The notes beneath the pieces were generated by a model. The model was not told the origin of the DNA. It saw only the letters and a program-made list of their open reading frames with translations, and searched no databases. This document shows positions 24,129 to 36,549 of a stretch of 64,000 nt of DNA, piece after piece; the stretch's first letter is position 1, and each line of letters begins with the position of its first letter. Source of the DNA: Flectonema sp. DT1601 (Eukaryota); contig OZ025791.1 in NCBI GenBank assembly GCA_964019425.1, positions 744,001 through 808,000 on the forward strand, read 5' to 3'. The translations under genes were made by a program, and so were the position numbers.

Positions 24129-25454
24129 ATGCCCAACGATTGTTTAAGTTTAGATAGGAAAGATGAATCTGTAAATGTTGCTACTGAACGGGAATGTGTG
24201 ATTCCGGCACAGCCATCTATTTCTATTGCTGCTGCTGATGGAGGAAATATAATTGACGTTCAGCCAACTGGTGATATGTCTGAGCTGTTGGATGCTCTTG
24301 ATGGCCTTATTGATGTTCCTATCGTTGGAGGAAGTGATGGTCACCTTAATAAGGAAATAAGTAAGTTGTTCCCTGACAGTATCTCTGTTGCTGCTTCAAG
24401 CAATCAAACGTGTCATGTTGATAATAACAGCCTGGGTTGTCATGAAAACTCAAAGCTAACACAACCGACTAAAGATGTTAATAAAACGACATCTAATTCT
24501 ATTGCTGCTACTAATGGAGGGAATATAATAGACGTCCACCCAACTGTGGATATGTCTGAGCTGTTGGATGCTCTTGATGGCCTTGTTGATGTACCTCCTA
24601 GTCATCAGTCGTGTCATTCTGATGTTGACACTCCCGCCTGTTCAGCAAAAGTAGATGAAATAACAGCGAAGGTCTGCACATCAGAAACTGGTAAAGTTGA
24701 GGGAATGTGTACCAGCCTTCTCTCTGCTCTTAATAGACAAAAATCAGAAACTGGAAGCGACCCTTGGAACCCAAGCTCGGACTTGAATGAAATAAAATCT
24801 TGTGAAGAATACGACTCCCTGGGACTGTCTGAAATTCTGGATAAGTTTGACGATTTTATTTGCGAAGCTGCGGGCTCCTCAAGTTCACAGCAGGTTGCGA
24901 GAGACGAGCCGATAAAAGAAAGTTCCTTAACTACAATGTGTAGAAGTTTAATGAAAGACCTTAAAGTTCATAAAGAAAGGACCGGAACTGATCCGTGGTC
25001 TGGACCAACAAGTCCTAACAATAACCAAACGAGTGTAAACAACAATAAAGTTACAGTTATTGATGTAATGCCTTCTGATGATATGACAAAACTACTCGAC
25101 GCCTTTGATATTATTTCTGAAGACCCGCAGGAGGGTGAAAATTTCTCAAAGCAAAGTGACAAATCAACTTCTGAAGTTGAAAGTTCCTTAACTACAATGT
25201 GTAGAAGTTTAATGAAAGACCTTAAAGTTCATAAAGAAATGACTGGAACTGATCCGTGGTCTGAACCAACAAGTCCTAACAATGGCAGTAATCCCGTTAA
25301 TGAAGTAATTGACACTTCACAGTATTCATCACAGAGTAAATTAGTTACACAGCACATCGACTGTGACGAGTCTCTTGAGTCACTCGTAAAGAACATCAGT
25401 CGTGATATCCAAAATAATGGAGTTCCTTCGGAGTTGTTTCAAAAGGTGATGTAA
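24129..25454 (+). CDS. Hypothetical acidic protein with two internal repeat types
   Basis: Long ORF with an AG acceptor just upstream of the ATG. Repeats are GGNIIDVxPTxDMSELLDALDGL and ESSLTTMCRSLMKDLKVHKExTGTDPWS. Confidence 0.8.
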   Translation: MPNDCLSLDRKDESVNVATERECVIPAQPSISIAAADGGNIIDVQPTGDMSELLDALDGLIDVPIVGGSDGHLNKEISKLFPDSISVAASSNQTCHVDNNSLGCHENSKLTQPTKDVNKTTSNSIAATNGGNIIDVHPTVDMSELLDALDGLVDVPPSHQSCHSDVDTPACSAKVDEITAKVCTSETGKVEGMCTSLLSALNRQKSETGSDPWNPSSDLNEIKSCEEYDSLGLSEILDKFDDFICEAAGSSSSQQVARDEPIKESSLTTMCRSLMKDLKVHKERTGTDPWSGPTSPNNNQTSVNNNKVTVIDVMPSDDMTKLLDAFDIISEDPQEGENFSKQSDKSTSEVESSLTTMCRSLMKDLKVHKEMTGTDPWSEPTSPNNGSNPVNEVIDTSQYSSQSKLVTQHIDCDESLESLVKNISRDIQNNGVPSELFQKVM

Positions 25455-25624
25455 TTAAAAAGTATTTTCTTAATATTAGTTATTGGCAAAAAAAACCCAG
25501 CTGAATTTTTTTCTTTCTTTTTTATATTCAGTGAAGTCTCATTTAATACCTCTCGCGTGTCATCTGTGATCACTTTGTTTTTTTTAATTATTTAGATTTC
25601 TTCAGGGAAAAAAGAAAAAAAAAA

Positions 25625-27526
25625 ATGATTAATCGATTTCGTCCATTTGCAATTGGACGGCAATTTGGGAGGTGGTGCACTGAAGAAGCAAGTGCATCAA
25701 ACCGTGGATCCGGCTTATATCACTCGTCCATTATCGATCAAACTCTAATCTCAAATGAATACTATAATAAAGGTGCTGAACTAATGAAGACAGGTTTATT
25801 TGAAAAAGCATCCAAAGAATTGGAATTAGCCAGATACGGTGAATACAAATACAACGCTTCCGTACTAATGTTATTATCAAGGTGTTTGATGGAACGAAAA
25901 CAGTTTGAAGAAGCTAAACGTTTACTCCAATTATGTGATGCCAGACACTCTGGTAGGGTCGGACTGGCAGACATGATAGAAGAAGCAAACTGGGGAATTG
26001 AGCTTTGGGGTGAACATGAAAGAAATGCAAAAGCAAAAAAAGACTTATACGATGAGCAAATGAAAAAGGGTGTTCAAATCACAAAGCACCAAATTCTCGA
26101 AAACCACATCAAAGGTCAAGAAATCCAATGCAACTTACCCATGGAGAATCACCAACGTGATTATTTTAGGACCTACCTCGGCGATGCAATCGAAAAAATT
26201 GGAATGTTTTACACTCCAGGAAAGGGTCGTTGCATAGCAGCGAAAAAACCTATCAAAGCTGGAGAGGTTTTATTTGAAGAAAAAACAGTTTTGTTTGCTC
26301 CGGAATACCTCTCAACAGAGTACAAAGAAGAAGGAAAAATGGATCCTGCTGGCTACCGTTTTCAAGAAAAAGGAAAACAACGTCCTCACAAATGCTCGCA
26401 CTGCCAAGCTAAGCTAACAGAGACGCATAAATGTTCTGATTGTGGGCTTCACTACTGTTCTGATAAGTGTCAAACAGATGCCGCACTTAGTTATCACAAT
26501 TTTGAATGCAAGATTCTTAGAAGCGATGCTGTAAAAGCATTACGCGATCGACTCATTAGCAAAGGTCACGGAAAAATGTTTCAACGATGGCTTGCCATGG
26601 TGAGATGTACATCTGTAGCTCTCTCAGAGAATGGTAAATATGCCAACGAACAGCCGTGGTTCGATCACTTATCATACTATGAAGGTGAACATAAACTTGT
26701 TAATGTAGAATCTGTAGCTTCTGAAGATCATGTCATGCAACCAACAATCTCTGGTGTTTTAGCCATGATCTACGCAAAGCTAGTACTAGTAGCTAAACAT
26801 GGAAATGGTGTAGGACAACTACCAAAAGATCAACTCAAGGCATACACGAAAGCAATCGATGATGACTACTACATCCTTTTTGATAGAGTAAAATCAAACT
26901 TAGATAATAGCGGTGTGATATATCCATTCTTAACAATGGTAAATCACTCTTGTATGCCTAATGCGGAATTCAAAGCTCCTGGACGCCTGGTAGCAACCCA
27001 GGCAATTCGAAAGAATGAAGAAATTTGTATTTCTTATTCCCCAGCTAATATTCCCTTGGATTTGAGATTCAACTGGCTTGAAAAACATAAAGGATTTTCA
27101 TGTACTTGTATGTATTGTGTTTTCGCAGTTAACGAGCAGCAGGTTGCACTTCGAGAAAAGAACGATTCTTTTTTCGCTGGTCTTACTGATAAAAGTCGAG
27201 AACAAAGAAAAGAATTCAACGAGTCGGAAGAATTAGTTATGCCAGACGGCAGGTATACTAAAAAGGGTATCGAGGCGTTCGAATCTAATTCAGAGAACTT
27301 TTTACAAAAATATCCATCAGAGTTCAGAGAGTCCCTTCTCCAAATGCAAGAAAAGGTGTCTGACGACTTAAAAACCAAAACTGTTGATGAAGTTCGCATG
27401 GATCTCACTCAACGAAAAAATCATCTCTCCAAACTTAAAGCTTTAGGACTCGCATCTGTATCAACCGAAGAAGAAGCTGCTTATGATTTGGTCTTAGATG
27501 CTGTTGATGGTGAGAATGCGAATTAG
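25625..27526 (+). CDS. TPR + SET-MYND (SMYD-like) lysine methyltransferase
   Basis: GKGRCIAAKKPIKAGEVLFEE, MYND CSHC..CSDC..YCSDKCQ..H..EC, NHSCMPNA, EEICISY, post-SET FSCTCMYC. Confidence 0.92.
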   Translation: MINRFRPFAIGRQFGRWCTEEASASNRGSGLYHSSIIDQTLISNEYYNKGAELMKTGLFEKASKELELARYGEYKYNASVLMLLSRCLMERKQFEEAKRLLQLCDARHSGRVGLADMIEEANWGIELWGEHERNAKAKKDLYDEQMKKGVQITKHQILENHIKGQEIQCNLPMENHQRDYFRTYLGDAIEKIGMFYTPGKGRCIAAKKPIKAGEVLFEEKTVLFAPEYLSTEYKEEGKMDPAGYRFQEKGKQRPHKCSHCQAKLTETHKCSDCGLHYCSDKCQTDAALSYHNFECKILRSDAVKALRDRLISKGHGKMFQRWLAMVRCTSVALSENGKYANEQPWFDHLSYYEGEHKLVNVESVASEDHVMQPTISGVLAMIYAKLVLVAKHGNGVGQLPKDQLKAYTKAIDDDYYILFDRVKSNLDNSGVIYPFLTMVNHSCMPNAEFKAPGRLVATQAIRKNEEICISYSPANIPLDLRFNWLEKHKGFSCTCMYCVFAVNEQQVALREKNDSFFAGLTDKSREQRKEFNESEELVMPDGRYTKKGIEAFESNSENFLQKYPSEFRESLLQMQEKVSDDLKTKTVDEVRMDLTQRKNHLSKLKALGLASVSTEEEAAYDLVLDAVDGENAN

Positions 27527-27953
27527 TTTAAAAAAAAGAAAGTATCGTTGGGTTGTAGCTTCCATAAAAAAAAATATGGGTGTGCCCTTTTTTTTTTTTT
27601 TTTCCCCCTCTTTTTTTTGAGAAGCCCAAAAAACTCTTTTTTTATTAAGTCCAACGAGAGCACACAATATGATGTAAATCCCGTACGCAGTAATGACAAG
27701 ATGGGAAAAAAAGTAGAGCGACTACCAAAAGAGATATTTGGCGACAGCTCAAATCTCCCTTCAATTTCAGCCGCAATATAGATCAATTGGTGTTTATAAT
27801 GTGACCAACGAAACGTTGTAATAACTCACTGGTTCATCATTACGAAAATCTATTTTTTTTATTTTCACAGGTACTCGTTATGTGAGAGTTTTTGATGAGA
27901 CAATATTTTATTATTATAATTATTATTACAGTATTTTCTTCAGTCCCTGTATC

Positions 27954-29786
27954 ATGCCACGGTCTTATGCAGAATATGAGGAGCTAAATGTAACAGATGT
28001 CGATGACAGTCTAGATTGTTGTAGTGATCCCACCAATGAAAGCAGCAGTGAGAGTCCAGATGAGATGGCAGAGGTTGTGTTTCCTAACTTGGAATTCAGA
28101 GTTACGAAATGGCATCATAGAAGAAGATGGCTAAGACAAGAAAGATTACTGAGACTAACTCAAAGAGGAATAGAAAATGTAAACTTAGGTACAGGAATTA
28201 CATCAAAATCAAACAAATATCGAGATATTACTGATGTTAAGTTAGTTAATCACAGGTACTTGATTTTGTCATTTAAAAAAGACCACAGCTACCACTACAA
28301 AACTGAATGTGCTATTCGAGTTTGTTGGGAAATAAATGAAAGACTTAAAGTTCTACGAGCAAAAGAACGATTTCGAGATTTTGTTAACTCTCGAATGCAA
28401 GAGTTTCCACCTCACGCTGGCATAAGTAGAATCGCTGTCGTTAATAATATGTCAAGAGCATTTCGTACCAATAAAATCCCACTGCCAATAGACAGAGCTT
28501 GTACCCTTATGTGTAATCGACAGGAATCAATTACTGAATACAACGTAACAGAGATACTTTTAAATAAGAAATCACCAGAAGGAAAACTACTCATTACGAT
28601 TCAATCAAAAATCGACGGGTTACTTAAGAATAAGCAATGTACAGGATTACAACTTCTACATGAGGTAAGACGTTGGATACAAGACTTAAAGGTTGAAGTG
28701 TTGGATTTAGTTCTCGGAACTGATCAGATGTCTACTAACAGCAGTTTTAGATTCACTCCTCCAAGTAACTTATCATTCGGAGGTGATGTCGTTCACACAA
28801 GTCACAGTGATTCAGGAACTCCTTATAATCAACGGTTGTGTAATCGAAGCATTAGAATAGATACCACACCAAAAGGATACAAATCTAAATTTATTGAAGT
28901 CGAGCATTGGAGAATCAACAAGTCTTGGGCTGAAGGCGGGTGCGGTACTGAAGATGAAATTTCTGCCACCGTTGAAAACGTTCTTCAGTCATTGATACTA
29001 ACTAAGCACACTCAGAGATTATTTGAAGAAATAATGTCTGATCCGACTCTTGCGAAAAAGCGTCAGACTCTCGCAGAAAAGGTAAAACTCATTCGTAATA
29101 AACCACTTTCATTCTTTGGTGTCACTGATACGGAATTGGAAAAATGCAACTGGACAATCGCTATAAAGGAATTAGAAAAAATAGGTGAAGGAGAACTCCC
29201 CTCACACAAAATAGATGCATTAATGCTAATGGTGCGTAAGATATGTCTTATTCATTCAATAGATACTCATGCGCAGCCTACAGAGATGTCTCTTGATGAC
29301 ATTCTTCCGTTGTTTTTATTTTGCATTTCGAGATGTCAGTTGCCTGAGATTCTGGCGGAGGCAGAGTTTATGGCGACTCTCAGTGACACCACGTCATCGA
29401 ATGAGGGAGCTTATTTTATAACTGTCTTGTTCTCAGCTCTTGAGTACATTATTATGATGGAGATGTCGGAATTACAACCAGCGATACCTGACAGTAACAA
29501 CAACAGTAACAACAGTTCTTTAGCAATGATGTCGGGTCAACCGACTGCTATTGAACGTCTCCACCACAGACGTGCTATGTCAGCACCACCAAAGGAACAA
29601 ATGATTGATGAAGACTTAGTTAAGATTCCAAGTAGAATCCCAAGACTGGGTGGGAGTACTCAGTGCCTTCAGCCAGATTCCGATACTGATGGTTATGCCG
29701 AAGAACCGTTATTCTCACCTCGGAATGGTGCAACAACTCCGCCTTTAGTGTGGAGTGACTTTGCTGATGTTGAACACGTCTGGTAG
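27954..29786 (+). CDS. VPS9-domain (Rab5-family GEF) protein with an N-terminal PH-like region
   Basis: P.HKIDAL, MSLDDILPLFLFCI, EGAYFITVLFSALEYI. The N-terminal FRVTK..R.LRLT segment resembles the RME-8 N-terminus. Confidence 0.85.
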   Translation: MPRSYAEYEELNVTDVDDSLDCCSDPTNESSSESPDEMAEVVFPNLEFRVTKWHHRRRWLRQERLLRLTQRGIENVNLGTGITSKSNKYRDITDVKLVNHRYLILSFKKDHSYHYKTECAIRVCWEINERLKVLRAKERFRDFVNSRMQEFPPHAGISRIAVVNNMSRAFRTNKIPLPIDRACTLMCNRQESITEYNVTEILLNKKSPEGKLLITIQSKIDGLLKNKQCTGLQLLHEVRRWIQDLKVEVLDLVLGTDQMSTNSSFRFTPPSNLSFGGDVVHTSHSDSGTPYNQRLCNRSIRIDTTPKGYKSKFIEVEHWRINKSWAEGGCGTEDEISATVENVLQSLILTKHTQRLFEEIMSDPTLAKKRQTLAEKVKLIRNKPLSFFGVTDTELEKCNWTIAIKELEKIGEGELPSHKIDALMLMVRKICLIHSIDTHAQPTEMSLDDILPLFLFCISRCQLPEILAEAEFMATLSDTTSSNEGAYFITVLFSALEYIIMMEMSELQPAIPDSNNNSNNSSLAMMSGQPTAIERLHHRRAMSAPPKEQMIDEDLVKIPSRIPRLGGSTQCLQPDSDTDGYAEEPLFSPRNGATTPPLVWSDFADVEHVW

Positions 29787-30078
29787 GTTGTGGTGAGATT
29801 CGAATTACATTTTCTAAGAAAATAAAATATAAAAAAACAGAAAATAACAACCGTAGATATCGATGAGGTTTTTCTATTGTTTGTTCTGTTGAAATTTTGA
29901 AAAAAAAAAAAAAAAAAAAAAGTGGTTCTGTATTATGTATTTTATTTTCTTACGTTTTTTTTTGTATTATTTATTTCCCTTTTATGTGTATTGTTCTGTT
30001 TTTTTTGTTCTCATTCTTTCTTCCTGTTTTCTCTGTTTTTTGGAAATGGTTGTTCAAAAATAATAATAAAAAGAGTTA

Positions 30079-30354
30079 TGGCCCAAAATACACGAATTGA
30101 CCCAAAATGCACCGAACCTGTGGGACTCGGGCTCCGGCCTGACTGCACCCGGTTTAATGTTCTCAAGTTTGAGATCACCTCACTGAGCCACACAGTGTTG
30201 TCCTTTCGGAGTTTCTGTGAAGTAGCCGAAATCTAAGACTTAGTCACTGTATTCGGAATTGCAACTTGACAGACTTCTGTACACAGATTGATTTACGAGT
30301 TCCCAAAGTCCCAGGTTCGGTGTATCTTGAGCTATTTTGGTGTATTTTGGGCCA
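30079..30354. mobile_element. MITE-like element (~276 bp) with ~50 bp imperfect TIRs
   Basis: tggcccaaaatacac...caccgaacctgtgggact on the left versus agtcccaggttcggtg...gtgtattttgggcca on the right. No coding capacity. Confidence 0.75.
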
Positions 30355-31667
30355 CTGCCCTAAAGAAGAACGGACTTTTCAATGATGTTACGCTTCACAC
30401 CACAACACTTTTCTAGCCTAGAATTGTAATTCGACTGTGGTTTGCGTATTTGGTGTCATCATGTGATTTCTTTTTTTCCCCCTTCCCTCTATCTGGTTGT
30501 AGTGTCAGAGAGACTAATTAAATCAATAATAAGATTATAATTTTTTTTCCATTCGAGATGTGTGCTGTTCAACCAGTTTGAGGTTTCTTTTTTGTTGGTA
30601 TTTATCCAACGCACACTTTGGATACAGCGCACCAAAATTATTGTTACTTGGTATTGGTTGGTGTGTGTAGACTCAGCGAAATGTTGTATTTTTTTTTCCT
30701 TTTTTTTCTGATCAAACTCCTCACAGGTGATTATCGCACTTTTCAGTGGGGCATAACCACAGTGGGCGAAATCTTGTTTTCGCTGGCGGTACATTTCACT
30801 GGAAGCTAGTTTTGGTTTCTTTAGCTTCGGGCTGAAAAAAAAGTAAAAGAGTTCCGCTTAAAAACCTTTGCAGATTTTTTCCTTCTTTTCTTTTTTTTTT
30901 TTTTCCCTTCCCCGGACAAAAAGAATTGCCTTTATCTTAAACTATACAGAAAATAGTAATATAACACTTTTGTTGATGTTTTGTTTGTGTCATGAAATCG
31001 GACGAAACCGGATTAAAGAAAAAAAACCTTTTTACCTTTTACTTTCAATTACCCAATTTATTTCAAAAAAAAAAAAAATTCATGTTTTACTACATTTGAT
31101 CGATTTACTGATTTCTTTCTTTCATGAAAATAGTACCGAATTTCGTTTATTTTTTCTGATATTCTGATTTTCTTTTTCTTCTTCTTTTTTTTTTTTTTTT
31201 TTTTTTTTGGTCTGATTTTGTTGGGGAAAAAAAAAAAAGAAAGTGCAAGTGATTAAGAAAAGTCAGATGTGTGTGTTGGGAAGATGGAAAATCTCTGATC
31301 CGAGGGAAATATTTCTTTTGTGGAATAGTTGTTGTCAGTTTAGCTTTATTAAAGTAAGGTTTGAAGAGGAAATCAAAAAAAAAAAAAAAAAAAAACAGAC
31401 TCTGTGAATCCAAAAAAAGAAAAAAAACATGAATCGGTACCTCACTACAGAATTCTCATACGTTGTTTTGATTGTATGTTACTGGATTGCCGTGATTATC
31501 TTTTGTAACACGTGTATTCGAGAAGGGAATCTATTACCCGAATAGGAACTATTGAATAGCAGAAACTACCCTCCGAATCTTTTGGTGTACTTCAATTTAA
31601 CACTTTAAAATTAAAAAAAACCGAAACAAGTTTTTTTTTTTTTATATTTTACTAATTTTAAATTTCG

Positions 31668-31698
<31 letters not shown>

Positions 31699-34130
31699 AC
31701 CAACTGAACCCGAGTCTCAATATTTGAGAAATTTATGACAGTATATCACTTTACCCAAACTATCAATATTGAATATCTCTCCCTGATTTTCTTGAAATTC
31801 ATAGTCCTTTAGTAAGGTATACCCACAGCACTTGCAAACTTCAAGGATTAAAAAAAAACGAAAAAGAACAAAAAAACGAAAAAAAAAAAAAAGTTTGCTT
31901 ACTTTAATTATTAAGGCAGAGTCAATTTATTTAATGTTTTTTTTATTTTTTTATTTTTTTTTTTGTTCAATGGGTGAGAAATCGTCGGTCAGCAAAAAAA
32001 ATTTTTTTTTTTTTTTTTATTTTTATTTGGCTTGTCATTTCCGATTATTTTAATACACAGATTGCACACGAAACAATTGCCTAACAAAAATTATAATTTT
32101 TTTTTTTTTTTTTTCCACCGAAATACTGTCAGCCACATCAATGCAATCTTATCATTTCGCAATTGAGATAGAGACAGGTCCTGTGGAAAAAAAAAAGTTA
32201 GCTATTCTTCTGTATACTAATTCTGCTTTCTTTAATTATTAAAGCAGTACTAGTGGGGTTATGCTAACAATGTGTGTTGATTATGTAACCAGAGTTGGTT
32301 AAGAATGCTAATCGATAGGTCGTTGGCTAGTCATTCTGTTCTTATTATGTGCTGTAGATGGAGATGCGGTGAAGTGGAGGCTGCTACCTCTTCAACTGTG
32401 GGAGTCACGCCGTCGTGTTTTTCATTTATACGAATAAAGAAAAAAAAAAAAAAAAAAAAAAAGGTGAAAGGACACTCTTTCACCACCAGCTGCATTCTCG
32501 AAGTGATTTAACTGAACCCCTGTTTTAGTTTTGACTAGTTTCAACTTGCTTTAATTACGGCATCAAAGTTACTTCCTGTTTAGAGAATGAAATGGAACTT
32601 AAGTACAGATTCCAATAATTAGCTTAATTCCTTCCCCCCGAATCAATATTTTTTCAGTCAAGAACTTGCTATTAATTTTGTTTTTACATTGTCGAAGTCT
32701 CACCCCGAATCAGTATGGATTACTCTCGAAATCTAATATTTCGCCATGATTCTGTATTCTTGACGGAAGTTAAGTTGTTTTATTTATAAAAATCAAAACG
32801 ACTGATGACTGAAACATATATAATATTTTGTTGTCTTTCTTCTGTTACAGTGCAATTTATGGCCCCTGTTAAATCTCTTCCTCTTTTATTTTTTCAACGT
32901 CTGCTTTATTTCTAAGTCAGAGGGTGTCCCAGTACCGGATTGGGTGTTAGGCCCAGGATAGCCTGGCGTGTCTTTCATTTTCTTCTTTTTGAATGATCTA
33001 ACAACCATTTGTGTTACATTTCGGCCAGTCCCGTTTTCATCTTTTTTTTCTTCTTTTCCCCCGATAAAGTTTCGGCTTTTCAAGGTGACCAAATTAACCC
33101 TCTGATTCTGCGTGCGTGTTGAATCAGCGTTCTTTTGTTTTTCTTTTTCCTTCTGTTTCTTCTCATATAGATTCTTCCTTGTTCTTTTTGGGGAAAAAAA
33201 GAAAAAAAAAAGGAGAACAAACACAAACACAAACACGGGTGTGGGAGTTTCACAGTTTTATACATACAACTCCTACAACCTTTGCACACGTGTTGGATTA
33301 TTTGATTTTTGTTTTTAAGATGTACGTATTTAATATGAGGCAAGCTGGGGGGGTATCCGAAATACCTAGACACTGTTTAAAACAAAAAAAAAAAAACAAA
33401 CAAAAAAAACAACAGCTTCTGTCCCACGAGTGTGTAAAAATCTTATTACCTTTTAATGTAAATTCTTTTTTTTTAATTTTTTTTATTTTTTTTTTTAAAT
33501 TTCTTCGTTCTGTTCTCCCATTATTTTTCCCCTGCTGTCTTCCTTCTTGACGAGAATTACCACTGTGGGACACGGGGTAAGGTTGAGAGTTATTAATAGT
33601 TACCTTGTTCATTGACAAGGTAAGAAAATATTTTTTCCTTCTTCAACCTTTTTTTCTCATCGTCAAAAGAGGGAAAAATAAAAATAAAAAAAGAAATGGA
33701 GAAAGTTTTAATGTGACAGGGAATAGCATAACTTACAACAAGAAACTGAGTATTGGATTATAAGTAGTTTTAAAGTCACGTCAAGAGGTGCTCTGTTCTG
33801 CGAGCCACCATGCCGCAGAATTGTGAGCATTTTTAATTATTATGTTACTTTGTTACTTTCATTTTCGTTGGCTGAGACGATTTTTTTTGCGGCTGTTTTT
33901 TTTTTCTTATTCGTTTTCTTTTATGGTTTCTGTGAGCCATCATTTTTCTTGCCGCAGATTAAGGAATTGTTAGAATATGTTTTTACTAAAAATGTGAACC
34001 AAAAAAGTTTGTAAATCTTCATTCTACACTCAAGATAATAACCATGAGAAGCTGTATGGTCAGGTTGTTCATTTTTAATTTAAAAAAAACAAACAGAATA
34101 ATGCTCAATACAAAAGAATATTAAAAACAT

Positions 34131-36350
34131 ATGAGCGATCTGGACACTGAACACATGGATGATGATCTTATGCCTGAAATCGATAATAAAGGAGAAGAGA
34201 CTTGGTTACTATCGAGAGATGAATCTGTAGGTAGAGTCAGAAGATCAGCAACCCCACCACCAAGAATACGATCGATGAGCACATCGAGTACTACTTCAAC
34301 ACAACGACGATGGAAAGAGGCTGCCACACCAGCAGAGTGGGATAGAGAGAGAGAAATGTTATCCAGACAAGTAGATGAAGCGAAGGTTGCTAGACTTGAT
34401 GCTTTACGAAGGGAACGTTCAACAAAATCATCGCTAAACTTAGAACAAAGAGTTCATAGTGAAGACAACAACGCTCTTCAATCAAAACTTCAATCGCTAC
34501 AAGGAAAAGTTATGAATCTCCAGAAAATGATGAACGTCAAGGAGCGAACTCTCGACGATGCCAAACTCCGCAGCAAAGCTGCTGAGTCAGAACTTCTCGA
34601 ACTCCGTCTTGAGTACTACGACTGGAAGGATACAGTTGAGGTCGCTAAAATAGATAACCATGATAATAAAGAACTCCTCGCAGTCTTACAATCCGAACTC
34701 AGCAAGGGCGGTAAAAATCGCTGGCCGAGTCTCGAAGGATCACCCGGAAGCGCACTAACACCACAGCTACCAAGTCGAGGATCTGATGTCAATCACACAA
34801 AGAGTGAAGCTTTTACTCTTTCTGAATCAGATATAACAACTTACAGACACAAGTGTTTAAATACTCCTGAAGTCTTTCCTGGCGATGAATCAATATATCC
34901 ATCTCCTGTTGGCAGCTTATCAGAGAGGAGAAGAAGAAGTAGTGCAGCTGATCCTATCCATCCAACAACAGACTGTGCGACATCACCAATACAAACTAAT
35001 GAAGTAAATAATTGGGATTGGGAAGGTACTGGAACAGCTCCACCATCACCTGATAGGAATCAACATGTTCCCATTTCATTTAGAGAGGAAAGAGAGACTG
35101 TCAGACAAGTAACAATTCCTCAAGAGAATAGTTCATCTGAAGTAGTAGGTGAAACAATTCGATCAAAGGAACAGAAGGTTATCAATTCCGATGTCAGAAG
35201 GTCACTTAACATGGATACAGAGACATCAGATGTGAGACATCCTCTCTCAGCAACAGATCCACATACTACTTCACTTGTTGACGTCTCGTCTCCATCTGAT
35301 ATTACTGCTGTACACCAGCCCTCATCTCATACAGTTCCTGGTCCTAGGCAGCGTTTGCACGATACGTCGTCTCGTAAGGAAACGATGGCCTCTGCTGTCT
35401 CCACTCGGGATTCCCCAGTTCGAAAAAAAACTACTTCCGAGAATCGAACTTCAATGTCGCAGCGTTCTAACGGTGGTAATATCTATTTGACACGCTCTCA
35501 AAATGCGGCTTCTGAAGCGGCTACGAGAAATAGTGTTGCCCAGGAGAGGTATGCTCAGAGGCAAGAGCGAGTGAGGAGCAGATCGAGATCAGGTGGGGGA
35601 GAACAAAGAGAGCAATTCTTTGAGGAAAGGGAAGTCCCGCAACTATCATCAGCGTATCCTGGACAGCTGTACGGTGATTTGAGAAGAACTGATTTATCAC
35701 CTGTTCAAAGAGAATCATCTGTCAGGAGGACTAATACATCACCAGTCCCTCCAGATAGACCAACTAATATAACAACCAGAGACTATAGCATAGCATCTTT
35801 GGGTTGGGATGTTGACGCTTCCCCAGTGAGGCACCTGACAGGTATCGAAAAACACCGCTCTCGTGAACGAAAAAAGCATCGCCAGCAAAAGCAACGTTCA
35901 CCCACAAAGCATCCTACTCCTACTTCAATTGTGAAGACGGTTTATAATAACAATCCTTCTCCTGAGAGAGTCACCCCTCCACAGCCGAAGGTCGCAAAGG
36001 TACAAAGACCACGTTGGCCAGTTCTTGTTGATGTTCAGAGGGGAGGCTCAACGTATTTAACGGCGTCTTTGAGACCCCCTCCGGAACTTTCGCAGGGGAG
36101 ATATGCGGAAGCTGCTGCTAACTTTCTTGATTATCAATATCCGAATAAAATAATTTCAGGAAGTACAATGCATCCTGAATACTCTGTAGAGACACGTCCT
36201 TGGGAACCAAATCGATCAGCAGGGGGGACTTCAGCTCTCACAACACCACAGCACACACCGAAATTAAACATGGTGATAGACCCGTCTTATCTTGGTACTC
36301 CTATGCCACTTCCACAAACTGATGCGGGGAAATTTACTCCTCATCGGTAA
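34131..36350 (+). CDS. Hypothetical protein, N-terminal coiled coil and long S/T/R/P-rich disordered region
   Basis: 739-codon ORF with higher GC than its flanks. Confidence 0.85.
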   Translation: MSDLDTEHMDDDLMPEIDNKGEETWLLSRDESVGRVRRSATPPPRIRSMSTSSTTSTQRRWKEAATPAEWDREREMLSRQVDEAKVARLDALRRERSTKSSLNLEQRVHSEDNNALQSKLQSLQGKVMNLQKMMNVKERTLDDAKLRSKAAESELLELRLEYYDWKDTVEVAKIDNHDNKELLAVLQSELSKGGKNRWPSLEGSPGSALTPQLPSRGSDVNHTKSEAFTLSESDITTYRHKCLNTPEVFPGDESIYPSPVGSLSERRRRSSAADPIHPTTDCATSPIQTNEVNNWDWEGTGTAPPSPDRNQHVPISFREERETVRQVTIPQENSSSEVVGETIRSKEQKVINSDVRRSLNMDTETSDVRHPLSATDPHTTSLVDVSSPSDITAVHQPSSHTVPGPRQRLHDTSSRKETMASAVSTRDSPVRKKTTSENRTSMSQRSNGGNIYLTRSQNAASEAATRNSVAQERYAQRQERVRSRSRSGGGEQREQFFEEREVPQLSSAYPGQLYGDLRRTDLSPVQRESSVRRTNTSPVPPDRPTNITTRDYSIASLGWDVDASPVRHLTGIEKHRSRERKKHRQQKQRSPTKHPTPTSIVKTVYNNNPSPERVTPPQPKVAKVQRPRWPVLVDVQRGGSTYLTASLRPPPELSQGRYAEAAANFLDYQYPNKIISGSTMHPEYSVETRPWEPNRSAGGTSALTTPQHTPKLNMVIDPSYLGTPMPLPQTDAGKFTPHR

Positions 36351-36549
36351 GACTTGATTAAGGAGTTTTCTTTTTAATAGAATTTATTTGTTTTGTCTAA
36401 CTCCCCTTCCACTTCCTCTGTATTCGTAGAGCTTGATTGGTTCCGTTGCTTCGTTTGTTGTATTCTGTATTAATAAAAAACGAAATAGAGATATTTCACT
36501 CAAAACAGGAATGTATTTCATTCTTTCAGCTGTTTAATTATAATAAATT

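Noticed and set aside
30400..34100. Many poly-K/poly-F ORFs here and at 47400-50300, 54600-59800, 61400-64000
   Set aside because: Derived from homopolymer A/T tracts in intergenic or UTR DNA.
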